DNA of 64,000 bases from positions 138,384,001-138,448,000 of the forward strand of contig OZ024740.1 of the NCBI GenBank assembly GCA_964016885.1, written 5' to 3'. Under the pieces are notes generated by a model, which worked only from the letters and a program-made list of their open reading frames with translations, had not been told where the DNA came from and did no database searches. Shown one piece after another: positions 15,501 through 30,800 of the stretch (position 1 is its first letter; the number at the start of each line of letters is the position of its first letter). Source of the DNA: Eledone cirrhosa (taxonomy: Eukaryota). Both the position numbers and the translations under genes were made by a program.

Positions 15501-18500
15501 TATCACTTTTCTCTCAATCTCCAATTCTCTCTGTTTCTTATCACTTTTCTCTCAATCTCCAATTCTCTCTTTCTCTTATCACTTTTATCTCAATCTCCAA
15601 TTCTCTCTTTCTCTTATCACTTTTCTCTCAATCTCCAATTCTCTCTTTCTCTTATCACTTTTCTCTCAATCTCCAATTCTCTCTTTCTCTTATCACTTTT
15701 CTCTCAATCTCCAATTCTCTCTTTCTCTGATCACTTTTCTCTCAATCTCCAATTCTCTCTTTCTCTTATCACTTTTCTCTCATTCTCCAATTCTCTCTTT
15801 CTCTTATCATTTTTCTCTCAATCTCCAATTTTCTCTTTCTCTTATCACATTTCTCTCAATCTCCACTTCTCTCTTTCTCTGATCACTTTTCTCTCAATCT
15901 CCAATTCTCTCTTTCTCTTATCACTTTTCTCTCAATCTCCAATTCTCTCTTTCTCTTATCACTTTTCTCTCAATCTCCAATTCTCTCTGTTTCTTATCAC
16001 TTTTCTCTCAATCTCCAATTCTCTCTTTCTCTTATCACTTTTCTCTCAATCTCCAATTCTCTCTTTCTCTTATCACTTTTCTCTCAATCTCCAATTCTCT
16101 CTTTCTCTTATCACTTTTCTCTCAATCTCCAATTCTCTCTTTCTCTTATCACTTTTTTCTCAATCTCCAATTCTCTCTTTCTCTTATCACTTTTCTCTCA
16201 ATCTCCAATTCTCTCTTTCTCTTATCACTTTTCTCTCAATCTCCAATTCTCTCTTTCTCTTATCACTTTTCTCTCAATCTCCAATTCTCCCTTTCTCTTA
16301 TCACTTTTCTCTCACTCTCCAATTCTCTCTTTTTCTTATCACTTTTCTGTCAATCTCTAATTCTCTCTGTTGTTTCTTATCAATTTTCTCTCAATCTCAT
16401 ATTCTCTCTTTCTCTTATTACTTTTCTCTCAATCTCCAATTCTCTCTTTCTCATATCACTTTTCTCTCAATCTCCAATTTTCTCTTTCTCTTATCACATT
16501 TCTCTCAATCTCCACTTCTCTCTTTCTCTTATCACTTTTCTCTCAACCTCCCATTCTCTCTTTCTCTTATGACGTTTCTCTCAATCACTAATTCTCTCTG
16601 TCTCTTATCACTTTTCTCTCAATCACCAATTCTCTCTGTCTCATATCACTTTTCTCTCAATCTCCAAATCTCTCTTTCTCTTATCACTTTTCTCTCAATC
16701 TCCAATTCTCTCTTTCTCTTATCACTTTTCCCTCAATCTCCAATTCTCTTTTTCTCTTATCACTTTTCTCTCAATCTCCAATTCTCTCTTTCTCTTATGA
16801 CTTTTCTCTCAATCACCAATTCTCTCTGCCTCTTATCACTTTTCTCTCAATCTCCAATTCTCTCTTTCTCTTATCACTTTTCTCTCAATCTCCAATTCTC
16901 TCTTACTCTTATCACTTTTTTCTCAATCTCCAAATCTCTCTTTCTCTCATCACTTTTCTCTCAATCTCCAATTCTCTCTTTCTCTTATCACTTTTCTCTC
17001 AATCTCCAATTCTCTCTTTCTCTAATCACTTTTCTCTCAATCTCCAATTCTCTCTTTCTCTTATCACTTTTCTCTCAATCTCCAATTCTCTCTTTCTCTT
17101 ATCACTTTTCTCTCAATCTCCGATTCTCTCTTTCTCTTATCACTTTTCTCTCAATCTCCAATTCTCTCTTTCTCTGATCACTTTTCTCTCAATCTCCAAT
17201 TCTCTCTTTCTCTTACCACTTTTCTCTCAATCTCCAATTCTCTCTTTCTCTTTTCACTTTTCTCTCAATCTCCAATTCTCTCTTTCTCTTATCACTTTTC
17301 TCTCAATCTCCAAATCTCTCTTTCTCTTATCACTTTTCTCTCAATCTCCAATTCTCTCTTTCTCTTATCACTTTTCCCTCAATCTCCAATTCTCTCTTTC
17401 TCTTATCACTTTTCTCTCAATCTCCAATTCTCTCTTTCTCTAATCACTTTTCTCTCAACCTCCCATTCTCTCTTTCTCTTATGACGTTTCTCTCAATCAC
17501 CAATTGTCTCTGTCTCTTATCACTTTTCTATCAATCACCAATTCTCTCTGTCTCATATCACTTTTCTCTCAATCTCCAAATCTCTCTTTCTCTTATCACT
17601 TTTCTCTCAATCTCCAATTCTCTCTTTCTCTTATCACTTTTCCCTCAATCTCCAATTCTCTCTTTCTTTCATCACTTTTCTCTCAATCTCCAATTCTCTC
17701 TTTCACTTATCACTTTTCTCTCAATCTCCAATTCTCTCTTTCTCTAATCACTTTTCTCTCAATCTCCGATTCTCTCTTTCTTTTATCACTTTTCTCTCAA
17801 TCTCCAATTCTCTCTTTCTCTTATCACTTTTCTCTCAATCTCCAATTCTCTCTTTCTCTTATCACTTTTCTCTCAATCTCCAATTCTCTCTTTCGCTGAT
17901 CACTTTTCTCTCAATCTCCAATTCTCTCTTTCTCTTATCACTTTTCTCTCAATCTCCAATTCTCTCTTTCTCTTATCACTTTTCTCTCAATCTCCAATTC
18001 TCTCTTTCTCTTATCACTTTTCTCTCAATCTCCAATTCTCTCTTTCTCTTATCACTTTTCTCTCAATCTCCAATTCTCTCTTTCTCTGATCACTTTTCTC
18101 TCAATCTCCAATTCTCTCTTTCTCTTATCACTTTTCTCTCAATCTCCAATTCTCTCTTTCTCTTATCACTTTTGTCTCAATCTCCAATTCTCTCTTTCTC
18201 TTATCACTTTTCTCTCAATCTCCAATTCTCTCTGTTTCTTATCACTTTTCTCTCAATCTCCAATTCTCTCTTTCTCTTATCACTTTTATCTCAATCTCCA
18301 ATTCTCTCTTTCTCTTATCACTTTTCTCTCAATCTCCAATTCTCTCTTTCTCTTATCACTTTTCTCTCAATCTCCAATTCTCTCTTTCTCTTATCACTTT
18401 TCTCTCAATCTCCAATTCTCTCTTTCTCTGATCACTTTTCTCTCAATCTCCAATTCTCTCTTTCTCTTATCACTTTTCTCTCATTCTCCAATTCTCTCTT

Positions 18501-21500
18501 TCTCTTATCATTTTTCTCTCAATCTCCAATTTTCTCTTTCTCTTATCACATTTCTCTCAATCTCCACTTCTCTCTTTCTCTGATCACTTTTCTCTCAATC
18601 TCCAATTCTCTCTTTCTCTTATCACTTTTCTCTCATTCTCCAATTCTCTCTTTCTCTTATCATTTTTCTCTCAATCTCCAATTCTCTCTTTCTCTTATCA
18701 CATTTCTCTCAATCTCCACTTCTCTCTTTCTCTTATCACTTTTCTCTCAACCTCCCATTCTCTCTTTCTCTTATGACGTTTCTCTCAATCACCAATTCTC
18801 TCTGTCTCATATCACTTTTCTCTCAATCTCCAAATCTCTCTTTCTCTTATCACTTTTCTCTCAATCTCCAAATCTCTCTTTCTCTTATCACTTTTCTCTC
18901 AATCTCCAATTCTCTCTTTCTCTTATCACTTTTCCCTCAATCTCCAATTCTCTCTTTCTTTCATCACTTTTCTCTCAATCTCCAATTCTCTCTTTCACTT
19001 ATCACTTTTCTCTCAATCTCCAATTCTCTCTTTCTCTAATCACTTTTCTCTCAATCTCCAATTCTCTCTTTCTCTTATCACTTTTCTCTCAATCTCCAAT
19101 TCTCTCTTTCTCTTATCACTTTTCTCTCAATCTCCAATTCTCTCTTTCTCTTATCACTTTTCTCTCAATCTCCAATTCTCTCTTTCGCTGATCACTTTTC
19201 TCTCAATCTCCAATTCTCTCTTTCTCTTATCACTTTTCCCTCAATCTCCAATTCTCTCTTTCTTTCATCACTTTTCTCTCAATCTCCAATTCTCTCTTTC
19301 TCTTATCACTTTTCTCTCAATCTCCAATTCTCTCTTTCTCTAATCACTTTTCTCTCAATCTCCAATTCTCTCTTTCTCTTATCACTTTTCTCTCAATCTC
19401 CAATTCTCTCTTTCTCTTATCACTTTTCTCTCAATCTCCAATTCTCTCTTTCTCTTATCACTTTTCTCTCAATCTCCAATTCTCTCTTTCGCTGATCACT
19501 TTTCTCTCAATCTCCAATTCTCTCTTTCTCTTATCACTTTTCTCTCAATCTCCAATTCTCTCTTTCTCTTATCACTTTTCTCTCAATCTCCAATTCTCTC
19601 TTTCTCTTATCACTTTTCTCTCAATCTCCAATTCTCTCTTTCTCTTATCACTTTTCTCTCAATCTCCAATTCTCTCTTTCTCTTATCACTTTTCTCTCAA
19701 TCTCCAATTCTCTCTTTCTCTTATCACTTTTCTCTCAATCTCCAATTCTCTCTTTCTCTTATCACTTTTCTCTCAATCTCCAATTCTCTCTGTTTCTTAT
19801 CACTTTTCTCTCAATCTCCAATTCTCTCTTTCTCTTATCACTTTTCTCTCAATCTCCAATTCTCTCTTTCTCTTATCACTTTTCTCTCAATCTCCAATTC
19901 TCTCTTTCTCTTATCACTTTTCTCTCAATCTCCAATTCTCTCTTTCTCTTATCACTTTTTTCTCAATCTCCAATTCTCTCTTTCTCTTATCACTTTTCTC
20001 TCAATCTCCAATTCTCTCTTTCTCTTATCACTTTTCTCTCAATCTCCAATTCTCTCTTTCTCTTATCACTTTTCTCTCAATCTCCAATTCTCCCTTTCTC
20101 TTATCACTTTTCTCTCACTCTCCAATTCTCTCTTTTTCTTATCACTTTTCTGTCAATCTCTAATTCTCTCTGTTGTTTCTTATCAATTTTCTCTCAATCT
20201 CATATTCTCTCTTTCTCTTATTACTTTTCTCTCAATCTCCAATTCTCTCTTTCTCATATCACTTTTCTCTCAATCTCCAATTTTCTCTTTCTCTTATCAC
20301 ATTTCTCTCAATCTCCACTTCTCTCTTTCTCTTATCACTTTTCTCTCAACCTCCCATTCTCTCTTTCTCTTATGACGTTTCTCTCAATCACTAATTCTCT
20401 CTGTCTCTTATCACTTTTCTCTCAATCACCAATTCTCTCTGTCTCATATCACTTTTCTCTCAATCTCCAAATCTCTCTTTCTCTTATCACTTTTCTCTCA
20501 ATCTCCAATTCTCTCTTTCTCTTATCACTTTTCCCTCAATCTCCAATTCTCTTTTTCTCTTATCACTTTTCTCTCAATCTCCAATTCTCTCTTTCTCTTA
20601 TGACTTTTCTCTCAATCACCAATTCTCTCTGTCTCTTATCACTTTTCTCTCAATCTCCAATTCTCTCTTTCTCTTATCACTTTTCTCTCAATCTCCAATT
20701 CTCTCTTACTCTTATCACTTTTTTCTCAATCTCCAAATCTCTCTTTCTCTCATCACTTTTCTCTCAATCTCCAATTCTCTCTTTCTCTTATCACTTTTCT
20801 CTCAATCTCCAATTCTCTCTTTCTCTAATCACTTTTCTCTCAATCTCCAATTCTCTCTTTCTCTTATCACTTTTCTCTCAATCTCCAATTCTCTCTTTCT
20901 CTTATCACTTTTCTCTCAATCTCCGATTCTCTCTTTCTCTTATCACTTTTCTCTCAATCTCCAATTCTCTCTTTCTCTGATCACTTTTCTCTCAATCTCC
21001 AATTCTCTCTTTCTCTTACCACTTTTCTCTCAATCTCCAATTCTCTCTTTCTCTTTTCACTTTTCTCTCAATCTCCAATTCTCTCTTTCTCTTATCACTT
21101 TTCTCTCAATCTCCAAATCTCTCTTTCTCTTATCACTTTTCTCTCAATCTCCAATTCTCTCTTTCTCTTATCACTTTTCCCTCAATCTCCAATTCTCTCT
21201 TTCTCTTATCACTTTTCTCTCAATCTCCAATTCTCTCTTTCTCTAATCACTTTTCTCTCAACCTCCCATTCTCTCTTTCTCTTATGACGTTTCTCTCAAT
21301 CACCAATTGTCTCTGTCTCTTATCACTTTTCTATCAATCACCAATTCTCTCTGTCTCATATCACTTTTCTCTCAATCTCCAAATCTCTCTTTCTCTTATC
21401 ACTTTTCTCTCAATCTCCAATTCTCTCTTTCTCTTATCACTTTTCCCTCAATCTCCAATTCTCTCTTTCTTTCATCACTTTTCTCTCAATCTCCAATTCT

Positions 21501-24500
21501 CTCTTTCACTTATCACTTTTCTCTCAATCTCCAATTCTCTCTTTCTCTAATCACTTTTCTCTCAATCTCCAATTCTCTCTTTCTCTTATCACTTTTCTCT
21601 CAATCTCCAATTCTCTCTTTCTCTTATCACTTTTCTCTCAATCTCCAATTCTCTCTTTCTCTTATCACTTTTCTCTCAATCTCCAATTCTCTCTTTCGCT
21701 GATCACTTTTCTCTCAATCTCCAATTCTCTCTTTCTCTTATCACTTTTCTCTCAATCTCCAATTCTCTCTTTCTCTTATCACTTTTCTCTCAATCTCCAA
21801 TTCTCTCTTTCTCTTATCACTTTTCTCTCAATCTCCAATTCTCTCTTTCTCTTATCACTTTTCTCTCAATCTCCAATTCTCTCTTTCTCTGATCACTTTT
21901 CTCTCAATCTCCAATTCTCTCTTTCTCTTATCACTTTTCTCTCAATCTCCAATTCTCTCTTTCTCTTATCACTTTTGTCTCAATCTCCAATTCTCTCTTT
22001 CTCTTATCACTTTTCTCTCAATCTCCAATTCTCTCTGTTTCTTATCACTTTTCTCTCAATCTCCAATTCTCTCTTTCTCTTATCACTTTTATCTCAATCT
22101 CCAATTCTCTCTTTCTCTTATCACTTTTCTCTCAATCTCCAATTCTCTCTTTCTCTTATCACTTTTCTCTCAATCTCCAATTCTCTCTTTCTCTTATCAC
22201 TTTTCTCTCAATCTCCAATTCTCTCTTTCTCTGATCACTTTTCTCTCAATCTCCAATTCTCTCTTTCTCTTATCACTTTTCTCTCATTCTCCAATTCTCT
22301 CTTTCTCTTATCATTTTTCTCTCAATCTCCAATTTTCTCTTTCTCTTATCACATTTCTCTCAATCTCCACTTCTCTCTTTCTCTGATCACTTTTCTCTCA
22401 ATCTCCAATTCTCTCTTTCTCTTATCACTTTTCTCTCATTCTCCAATTCTCTCTTTCTCTTATCATTTTTCTCTCAATCTCCAATTTTCTCTTTCTCTTA
22501 TCACATTTCTCTCAATCTCCACTTCTCTCTTTCTCTTATCACTTTTCTCTCAACCTCCCATTCTCTCTTTCTCTTATGACGTTTCTCTCAATCACCAATT
22601 CTCTCTGTCTCATATCACTTTTCTCTCAATCTCCAAATCTCTCTTTCTCTTATCACTTTTCTCTCAATCTCCAATTCTCTCTTTCTCTTATCACTTTTCC
22701 CTCAATCTCCAATTCTCTTTTTCTCTTATCACTTTTCTCTCAATCTCCAATTCTCTCTTTCTCTTATGACTTTTCTCTCAATCACCAATTCTCTCTGTCT
22801 CTTATCACTTTTCTCTCAATCTCCAATTCTCTCTTTCTCTTATCACTTTTCTCTCAATCTCCAATTCTCTCTTACTCTTATCACTTTTTTCTCAATCTCC
22901 AAATCTCTCTTTCTCTCATCACTTTTCTCTCAATCTCCAATTCTCTCTTTCTCTTATCACTTTTCTCTCAATCTCCAATTCTCTCTTTCTCTAATCACTT
23001 TTCTCTCAATCTCCAATTCTCTCTTTCTCTTATCACTTTTCTCTCAATCTCCAATTCTCTCTTTCTCTTATCACTTTTCTCTCAATCTCCGATTCTCTCT
23101 TTCTCTTATCACTTTTCTCTCAATCTCCAATTCTCTCTTTCTCTGATCACTTTTCTCTCAATCTCCAATTCTCTCTTTCTCTTACCACTTTTCTCTCAAT
23201 CTCCAATTCTCTCTTTCTCTTATCACTTTTCTCTCAATCTCCAATTCTCTCTTTCTCTTATCACTTTTCTCTCAATCTCCAAATCTCTCTTTCTCTTATC
23301 ACTTTTCTCTCAATCTCCAATTCTCTCTTTCTCTTATCACTTTTCCCTCAATCTCCAATTCTCTCTTTCTCTTATCACTTTTCTCTCAATCTCCAATTCT
23401 CTCTTTCTCTAATCACTTTTCTCTCAACCTCCCATTCTCTCTTTCTCTTATGACGTTTCTCTCAATCACCAATTGTCTCTGTCTCTTATCACTTTTCTAT
23501 CAATCACCAATTCTCTCTGTCTCATATCACTTTTCTCTCAATCTCCAAATCTCTCTTTCTCTTATCACTTTTCTCTCAATCTCCAATTCTCTCTTTCTCT
23601 TATCACTTTTCCCTCAATCTCCAATTCTCTCTTTCTTTCATCATTTTTCTCTCAATCTCCAATTCTCTCTTTCACTTATCACTTTTCTCTCAATCTCCAA
23701 TTCTCTCTTTCTCTAATCACTTTTCTCTCAATCTCCAATTCTCTCTTTCTCTTATCACTTTTCTCTCAATCTCCAATTCTCTCTTTCTCTTATCACTTTT
23801 CTCTCAATCTCCAATTCTCTCTTTCTCTTATCACTTTTCTCTCAATCTCCAATTCTCTCTTTCGCTGATCACTTTTCTCTCAATCTCCAATTCTCTCTTT
23901 CTCTTATCACTTTTCTCTCAATCTCCAATTCTCTCTTTCTCTTATCACTTTTCTCTCAATCTCCAATTCTCTCTTTCTCTTATCACTTTTCTCTCAATCT
24001 CCAATTCTCTCTTTCTCTTATCACTTTTCTCTCAATCTCCAATTCTCTCTTTCTCTGATCACTTTTCTCTCAATCTCCAATTCTCTCTTTCTCTTATCAC
24101 TTTTCTCTCAATCTCCAATTCTCTCTTTCTCTTATCACTTTTCTCTCAATCTCCAATTCTCTCTGTTTCTTATCACTTTTCTCTCAATCTCCAATTCTCT
24201 CTTTCTCTTATCACTTTTATCTCAATCTCCAATTCTCTCTTTCTCTTATCACTTTTCTCTCAATCTCCAATTCTCTCTTTCTCTTATCACTTTTCTCTCA
24301 ATCTCCAATTCTCTCTTTCTCTGATCACTTTTCTCTCAATCTTCAATTCTCTCTTTCTCTTATCACTTTTCTCTCATTCTCCAATTCTCTCTTTCTCTTA
24401 TCATTTTTCTCTCAATCTCCAATTCTCTCTTTCTCTTATCACTTTTCTCTCAATCTCCAATTCTCTCTGTTTCTTATCACTTTTCTCTCAATCTCCAATT

Positions 24501-24829
24501 CTCTCGTTCTCTTATCACTTTTCTCTCAATCTCCAATACTCTCTTTCTCTTATCACTTTTCTCTCAATCTCCAATTCTCTCTTTCTCTTATCACTTTTCT
24601 CTCAATCTCCAATTCTATCTTTCTCTTATCACTTTTCTCTCAATCTCCATATCTCTCTCTCTTATCACTTTTCTCTCAATCTCCAATTCTCTCTTTTTCT
24701 TATCACTTTTCCCTCAATCTCCAATTCTCTCTTTCTCTTATCACTTTTCTCTCAACCTCCCATTCTCTCTTTCTCTTATGACTTTTCTCTGAATCACCAA
24801 TTCTCTATGTCTCTTATCACTTTTCTCTG

Positions 24830-27800
24830 AATCTCCAATTCTCTCTTTCTGTTATCACTTTTCTCTCAATCTCCAATTCTCTCTTTCTCTTATCACTTTT
24901 CTCTCAATCTCCAATTCTCTCTTTCTCTAATCACTTTTCTCTCAATCTCCAATTCTCTCTTTCTCTTATCACTTTTCTCTCAATCTCCAATTCTCTCTTT
25001 CTCTTATCACTTTTCTCTCAATCTCCAATTCTCTCTTTCTCTTATCACTTTTCTCTCAATCTCCAATTCTCTCTTTCTCTTATCACTTTTCTCTCAATCT
25101 CCAATTCTCTCTTTCTCTTATCACTTTTCTCTCAATCTCCAATTCTCTCTTTCTCTTATCACTTTTGTCTCAATCTCCAATTCTCTCTTTCTCTTATCAC
25201 TTTTCTCTCAATCTCCAATTCTCTCTGTTTCTTATCACTTTTCTCTCAATCTCCAATTCTCTCTTTCTCTTATCACTTTTATCTCAATCTCCAATTCTCT
25301 CTTTCTCTTATCACTTTTCTCTCAATCTCCAATTCTCTCTTTCTCTTATCACTTTTCTCTCAATCACCAATTCTCTCTGTCTCTTATCACTTTTCTCTCA
25401 ATCTCCAATTCTCTCTTTCTCTTATCACTTTTCTCTCAATCTCCTATTCTCTCTTACTCTTATCACTTTTCTCTCAATCTCCTATTCTCTCTTACTCTTA
25501 TCACTTTTCTCTCAATCTCCAAATCTCTCTTTCTCTCATCACTTTTCTCTCAATCTCCAATTCTCTCTTTCTCTTATCACTTTTCTCTCAATCTCCAATT
25601 CTCTCTTTCTCTAATCACTTTTCTCTCAATCTCCAATTCTCTCTTTCTCTTATCACTTTTCTCTCAATCTCCAATTCTCTCTTTCTCTTATCACTTTTCT
25701 CTCAATCTCCGATTCTCTCTTTCTCTTATCACTTTTCTCTCAATCTCCAATTCTCTCTTTCTCTGATCACTTTTCTCTCAATCTCCAATTCTCTCTTTCT
25801 CTTATCACTTTTCTCTCAATCTCCAATTCTCTCTTTCTCTTATCACTTTTCTCTCAATCTCCAATTCTCTCTTTCTCTTATCACTTTTCTCTCAATCTCC
25901 AATTCTCTCTTTCTCTAATCACTTTTCTCTCAATCTCCAATTCTCTCTTTCTCTTATCACTTTTCTCTCAATCTCCAAATCTCTCTTTCTCTTATCACTT
26001 TTCTCTCAATCTCCAATTCTCTCTTTCTCTTATCACTTTTCCCTCAATCTCCAATTCTCTCTTTCTCTTATCACTTTTCTCTCAATCTCCAATTCTCTCT
26101 TTCTCTAATCACTTTTCTCTCAACCTCCCATTCTCTCTTTCTCTTATGACGTTTCTCTCAATCACCAATTCTCTCTGTCTCTTATCACTTTTCTCTCAAT
26201 CACCAATTCTCTCTGTCTCATATCACTTTTCTCTCAATCTCCAAATCTCTCTTTCTCTTATCACTTTTCTCTCAATCTCCAATTCTCTCTTTCTCTTATC
26301 ACTTTTCCCTCAATCTCCAATTCTCTCTTTCTTTCATCACTTTTCTCTCAATCTCCAATTCTCTCTTTCTGTTATCACTTTTCTCTCAATCTCCAATTCT
26401 CTCTTTCTCTTATCACTTTTCTCTCAATCTCCAATTCTCTCTTTCTCTAATCACTTTTCTCTCAATCTCCAATTCTCTCTTTCTCTTATCACTTTTCTCT
26501 CAATCTCCAATTCTCTCTTTCTCTTATCACTTTTCTCTCAATCTCCAATTCTCTCTTTCTCTTATCACTTTTCTCTCAATCTCCAATTCTCTCTTTCGCT
26601 GATCACTTTTCTCTCAATCTCTAATTCTCTCTTTCTCTTATCACTTTTCTCTCAATCTCCAATTCTCTCTTTCTCTTATCACTTTTCTCTCAATCTCCAA
26701 TTCTCTCTTTCTCTTATCACTTTTCTCTCAATCTCCAATTCTCTCTTTCTCTTATCACTTTTCTCTCAATCTCCAATTCTCTCTTTCTCTGATCACTTTT
26801 CTCTCAATCTCCAATTCTCTCTTTCTCTTATCACTTTTCTCTCAATCTCCAATTCTCTCTTTCTCTTATCACTTTTGTCTCAATCTCCAATTCTCTCTTT
26901 CTCTTATCACTTTTCTCTCAATCTCCAATTCTCTCTGTTTCTTATCACTTTTCTCTCAATCTCCATTTCTCTCTTTCTCTTATCACTTTTATCTCAATCT
27001 CCAATTCTCTCTTTCTCTTATCACTTTTCTCTCAATCTCCAATTCTCTCTTTCTCTTATCACTTTTCTCTCAATCACCAATTCTCTCTGTCTCTTATCAC
27101 TTTTCTCTCAATCTCCAATTCTCTCTTTCTCTTATCACTTTTCTCTCAATCTCCTATTCTCTCTTACTCTTATCACTTTTCTCTCAATCTCCTATTCTCT
27201 CTTACTCTTATCACTTTTCTCTCAATCTCCAAATCTCTCTTTCTCTCATCACTTTTCTCTCAATCTCCAATTCTCTCTTTCTCTTATCACTTTTCTCTCA
27301 ATCTCCAATTCTCTCTTTCTCTAATCACTTTTCTCTCAATCTCCAATTCTCTCTTTCTCTTATCACTTTTCTCTCAATCTCCAATTCTCTCTTTCTCTTA
27401 TCACTTTTCTCTCAATCTCCGATTCTCTCTTTCTCTTATCACTTTTCTCTCAATCTCCAATTCTCTCTTTCTCTGATCACTTTTCTCTCAATCTCCAATT
27501 CTCTCTTTCTCTTATCACTTTTCTCTCAATCTCCAATTCTCTCTTTCTCTTATCACTTTTCTCTCAATCTCCAATTCTCTCTTTCTCTTATCACTTTTCT
27601 CTCAATCTCCAATTCTCTCTTTCTCTTATCACTTTTCTCTCAATCTCCAATTCTCTCTTTCTCTTATCACTTTTCTCTCAATCTCCAAATCTCTCTTTCT
27701 CTTATCACTTTTCTCTCAATCTCCAATTCTCTCTTTCTCTTATCACTTTTCCCTCAATCTCCAATTCTCTCTTTCTCTTATCACTTTTCTCTCAATCTCC

Positions 27801-30800
27801 AATTCTCTCTTTCTCTAATCACTTTTCTCTCAACCTCCCATTCTCTCTTTCTCTTATGACGTTTCTCTCAATCACCAATTCTCTCTGTCTCTTATCACTT
27901 TTCTCTCAATCACCAATTCTCTCTGTCTCATATCACTTTTCTCTCAATCTCCAAATCTCTCTTTCTCTTATCACTTTTCTCTCAATCTCCAATTCTCTCT
28001 TTCTCTTATCACTTTTCCCTCAATCTCCAATTCTCTCTTTCTTTCATCACTTTTCTCTCAATCTCCAATTCTCTCTTTCTCTTATCACTTTTCTCTCAAT
28101 CTCCAATTCTCTCTTTCTCTAATCACTTTTCTCTCAATCTCCAATTCTCTCTTTCTCTTATCACTTTTCTCTCAATCTCCAATTCTCTCTTTCTCTTATC
28201 ACTTTTCTCTCAATCTCCAATTCTCTCTTTCTCTTATCACTTTTCTCTCAATCTCCAATTCTCTCTTTCGCTGATCACTTTTCTCTCAATCTCCAATTCT
28301 CTCTTTCTCTTATCACTTTTCTCTCAATCTCCAATTCTCTCTTTCTCTTATCACTTTTCTCTCAATCTCCAATTCTCTCTTTCTCTTATCACTTTTCTCT
28401 CAATCTCCAATTCTCTCTTTCTCTTATCAGTTTTCTCTCAATCTCCAATTCTCTCTTTCTCTTATCACTTTTCTCTCAATCTCCAATTCTCTCTTTCTCT
28501 TATCACTTTTCTCTCAATCTCCAATTCTCTCTTTCTCTTATCACTTTTCTCTCAATCTCCAATTCTCTCTGTTTCTTATCACTTTTCTCTCAATCTCCAA
28601 TTCTCTCTTTCTCTTATCACTTTTCTCTCAATCTCCAATTCTCTCTTTCTCTTATCACTTTTCTCTCAATCTCCAATTCTCTCTTTCTCTTATCACTTTT
28701 CTCTCAATCTCCAATTCTCTCTTTCTCTTATCACTTTTTTCTCAATCTCCAATTCTCTCTTTCTCTTATCACTTTTCTCTCAATCTCCAATTCTCTCTTT
28801 CTCTTATCACTTTTCTCTCAATCTCCAATTCTCTCTTTCTCTTATCACTTTTCTCTCACTCTCCAATTCTCTCTTTTTCTTATCACTTTTCTCTCAATCT
28901 CTAATTCTCTCTGTTGTTTCTTATCACTTTTCTCTCAATCTCATATTCTCTCTTTCTCTTATTACTTTTCTCTCAATCTCCAATTCTCTCTTTCTCATAT
29001 CACTTTTCTCTCAATCTCCAATTTTCTCTTTCTCTTATCACATTTCTCTCAATCTCCACTTCTCTCTTTCTCTTATCACTTTTCTCTCAACCTCCCATTC
29101 TCTCTTTCTCTTATGACGTTTCTCTCAATCACTAATTCTCTCTGTCTCTTATCACTTTTCTCTCAATCACCAATTCTCTCTGTCTCATATCACTTTTCTC
29201 TCAATCTCCAAATCTCTCTTTCTCTTATCACTTTTCTCTCAATCTCCAATTCTCTCTTTCTCTTATCACTTTTCCCTCAATCTCCAATTCTCTCTTTCTC
29301 TTATCACTTTTCTCTCAATCTCCAATTCTCTCTTTCTCTTATGACTTTTCTCTCAATCACCAATTCTCTCTGTCTCTTATCACTTTTCTCTCAATCTCCA
29401 ATTCTCTCTTTCTCTTATCACTTTTCTCTCAATCTCCAATTCTCTCTTACTCTTATCACTTTTTTCTCAATCTCCAAATCTCTCTTTCTGTCATCACTTT
29501 TCTCTCAATCTCCAATTCTCTCTTTCTCTTATCACTTTTCTCTCAATCTCCAATTCTCTCTTTCTCTAATCACTTTTCTCTCAATCTCCAATTCTCTCTT
29601 TCTCTTATCACTTTTCTCTCAATCTCCAATTCTCTCTTTCTCTTATCACTTTTCTCTCAATCTCCGATTCTCTCTTTCTCTTATCACTTTTCTCTCAATC
29701 TCCAATTCTCTCTTTCTCTGATCACTTTTCTCTCAATCTCCAATTCTCTCTTTCTCTTACCACTTTTCTCTCAATCTCCAATTCTCTCTTTCTCTTATCA
29801 CTTTTCTCTCAATCTCCAATTCTCTCTTTCTCTTATCACTTTTCTCTCAATCTCCAAATCTCTCTTTCTCTTATCACTTTTCTCTCAATCTCCAATTCTC
29901 TCTTTCTCTTATCACTTTTCCCTCAATCTCCAATTCTCTCTTTCTCTTATCACTTTTCTCTCAATCTCCAATTCTCTCTTTCTCTAATCACTTTTCTCTC
30001 AACCTCCCATTCTCACTTTCTCTTATGACGTTTCTCTCAATCACCAATTGTCTCTGTCTCTTATCACTTTTCTCTGAATCTCCAATTCTCTCTTTCTGTT
30101 ATCACTTTTCTCTCAATCTCCAATTCTCTCTTTCTCTTATCACTTTTCTCTCAATCTCCAATTCTCTCTTTCTCTAATCACTTTTCTCTCAATCTCCAAT
30201 TCTCTCTTTCTCTTATCACTTTTCTCTCAATCTCCAATTCTCTCTTTCTCTTATCACTTTTCTCTCAATCTCCAATTCTCTCTTTCTCTTATCACTTTTC
30301 TCTCAATCTCCAATTCTCTCTTTCTCTTATCACTTTTCTCTCAATCTCCAATTCTCTCTTTCTCTTATCACTTTTCTCTCAATCTCCAATTCTCTCTTTC
30401 TCTTATCACTTTTGTCTCAATCTCCAATTCTCTCTTTCTCTTATCACTTTTCTCTCAATCTCCAATTCTCTCTGTTTCTTATCACTTTTCTCTCAATCTC
30501 CAATTCTCTCTTTCTCTTATCACTTTTATCTCAATCTCCAATTCTCTCTTTCTCTTATCACTTTTCTCTCAATCTCCAATTCTCTCTTTCTCTTATCACT
30601 TTTCTCTCAATCACCAATTCTCTCTGTCTCTTATCACTTTTCTCTCAATCTACAATTCTCTCTTTCTCTTATCACTTTTCTCTCAATCTCCTATTCTCTC
30701 TTACTCTTATCACTTTTCTCTCAATCTCCTATTCTCTCTTACTCTTATCACTTTTCTCTCAATCTCCAAATCTCTCTTTCTCTCATCACTTTTCTCTCAA

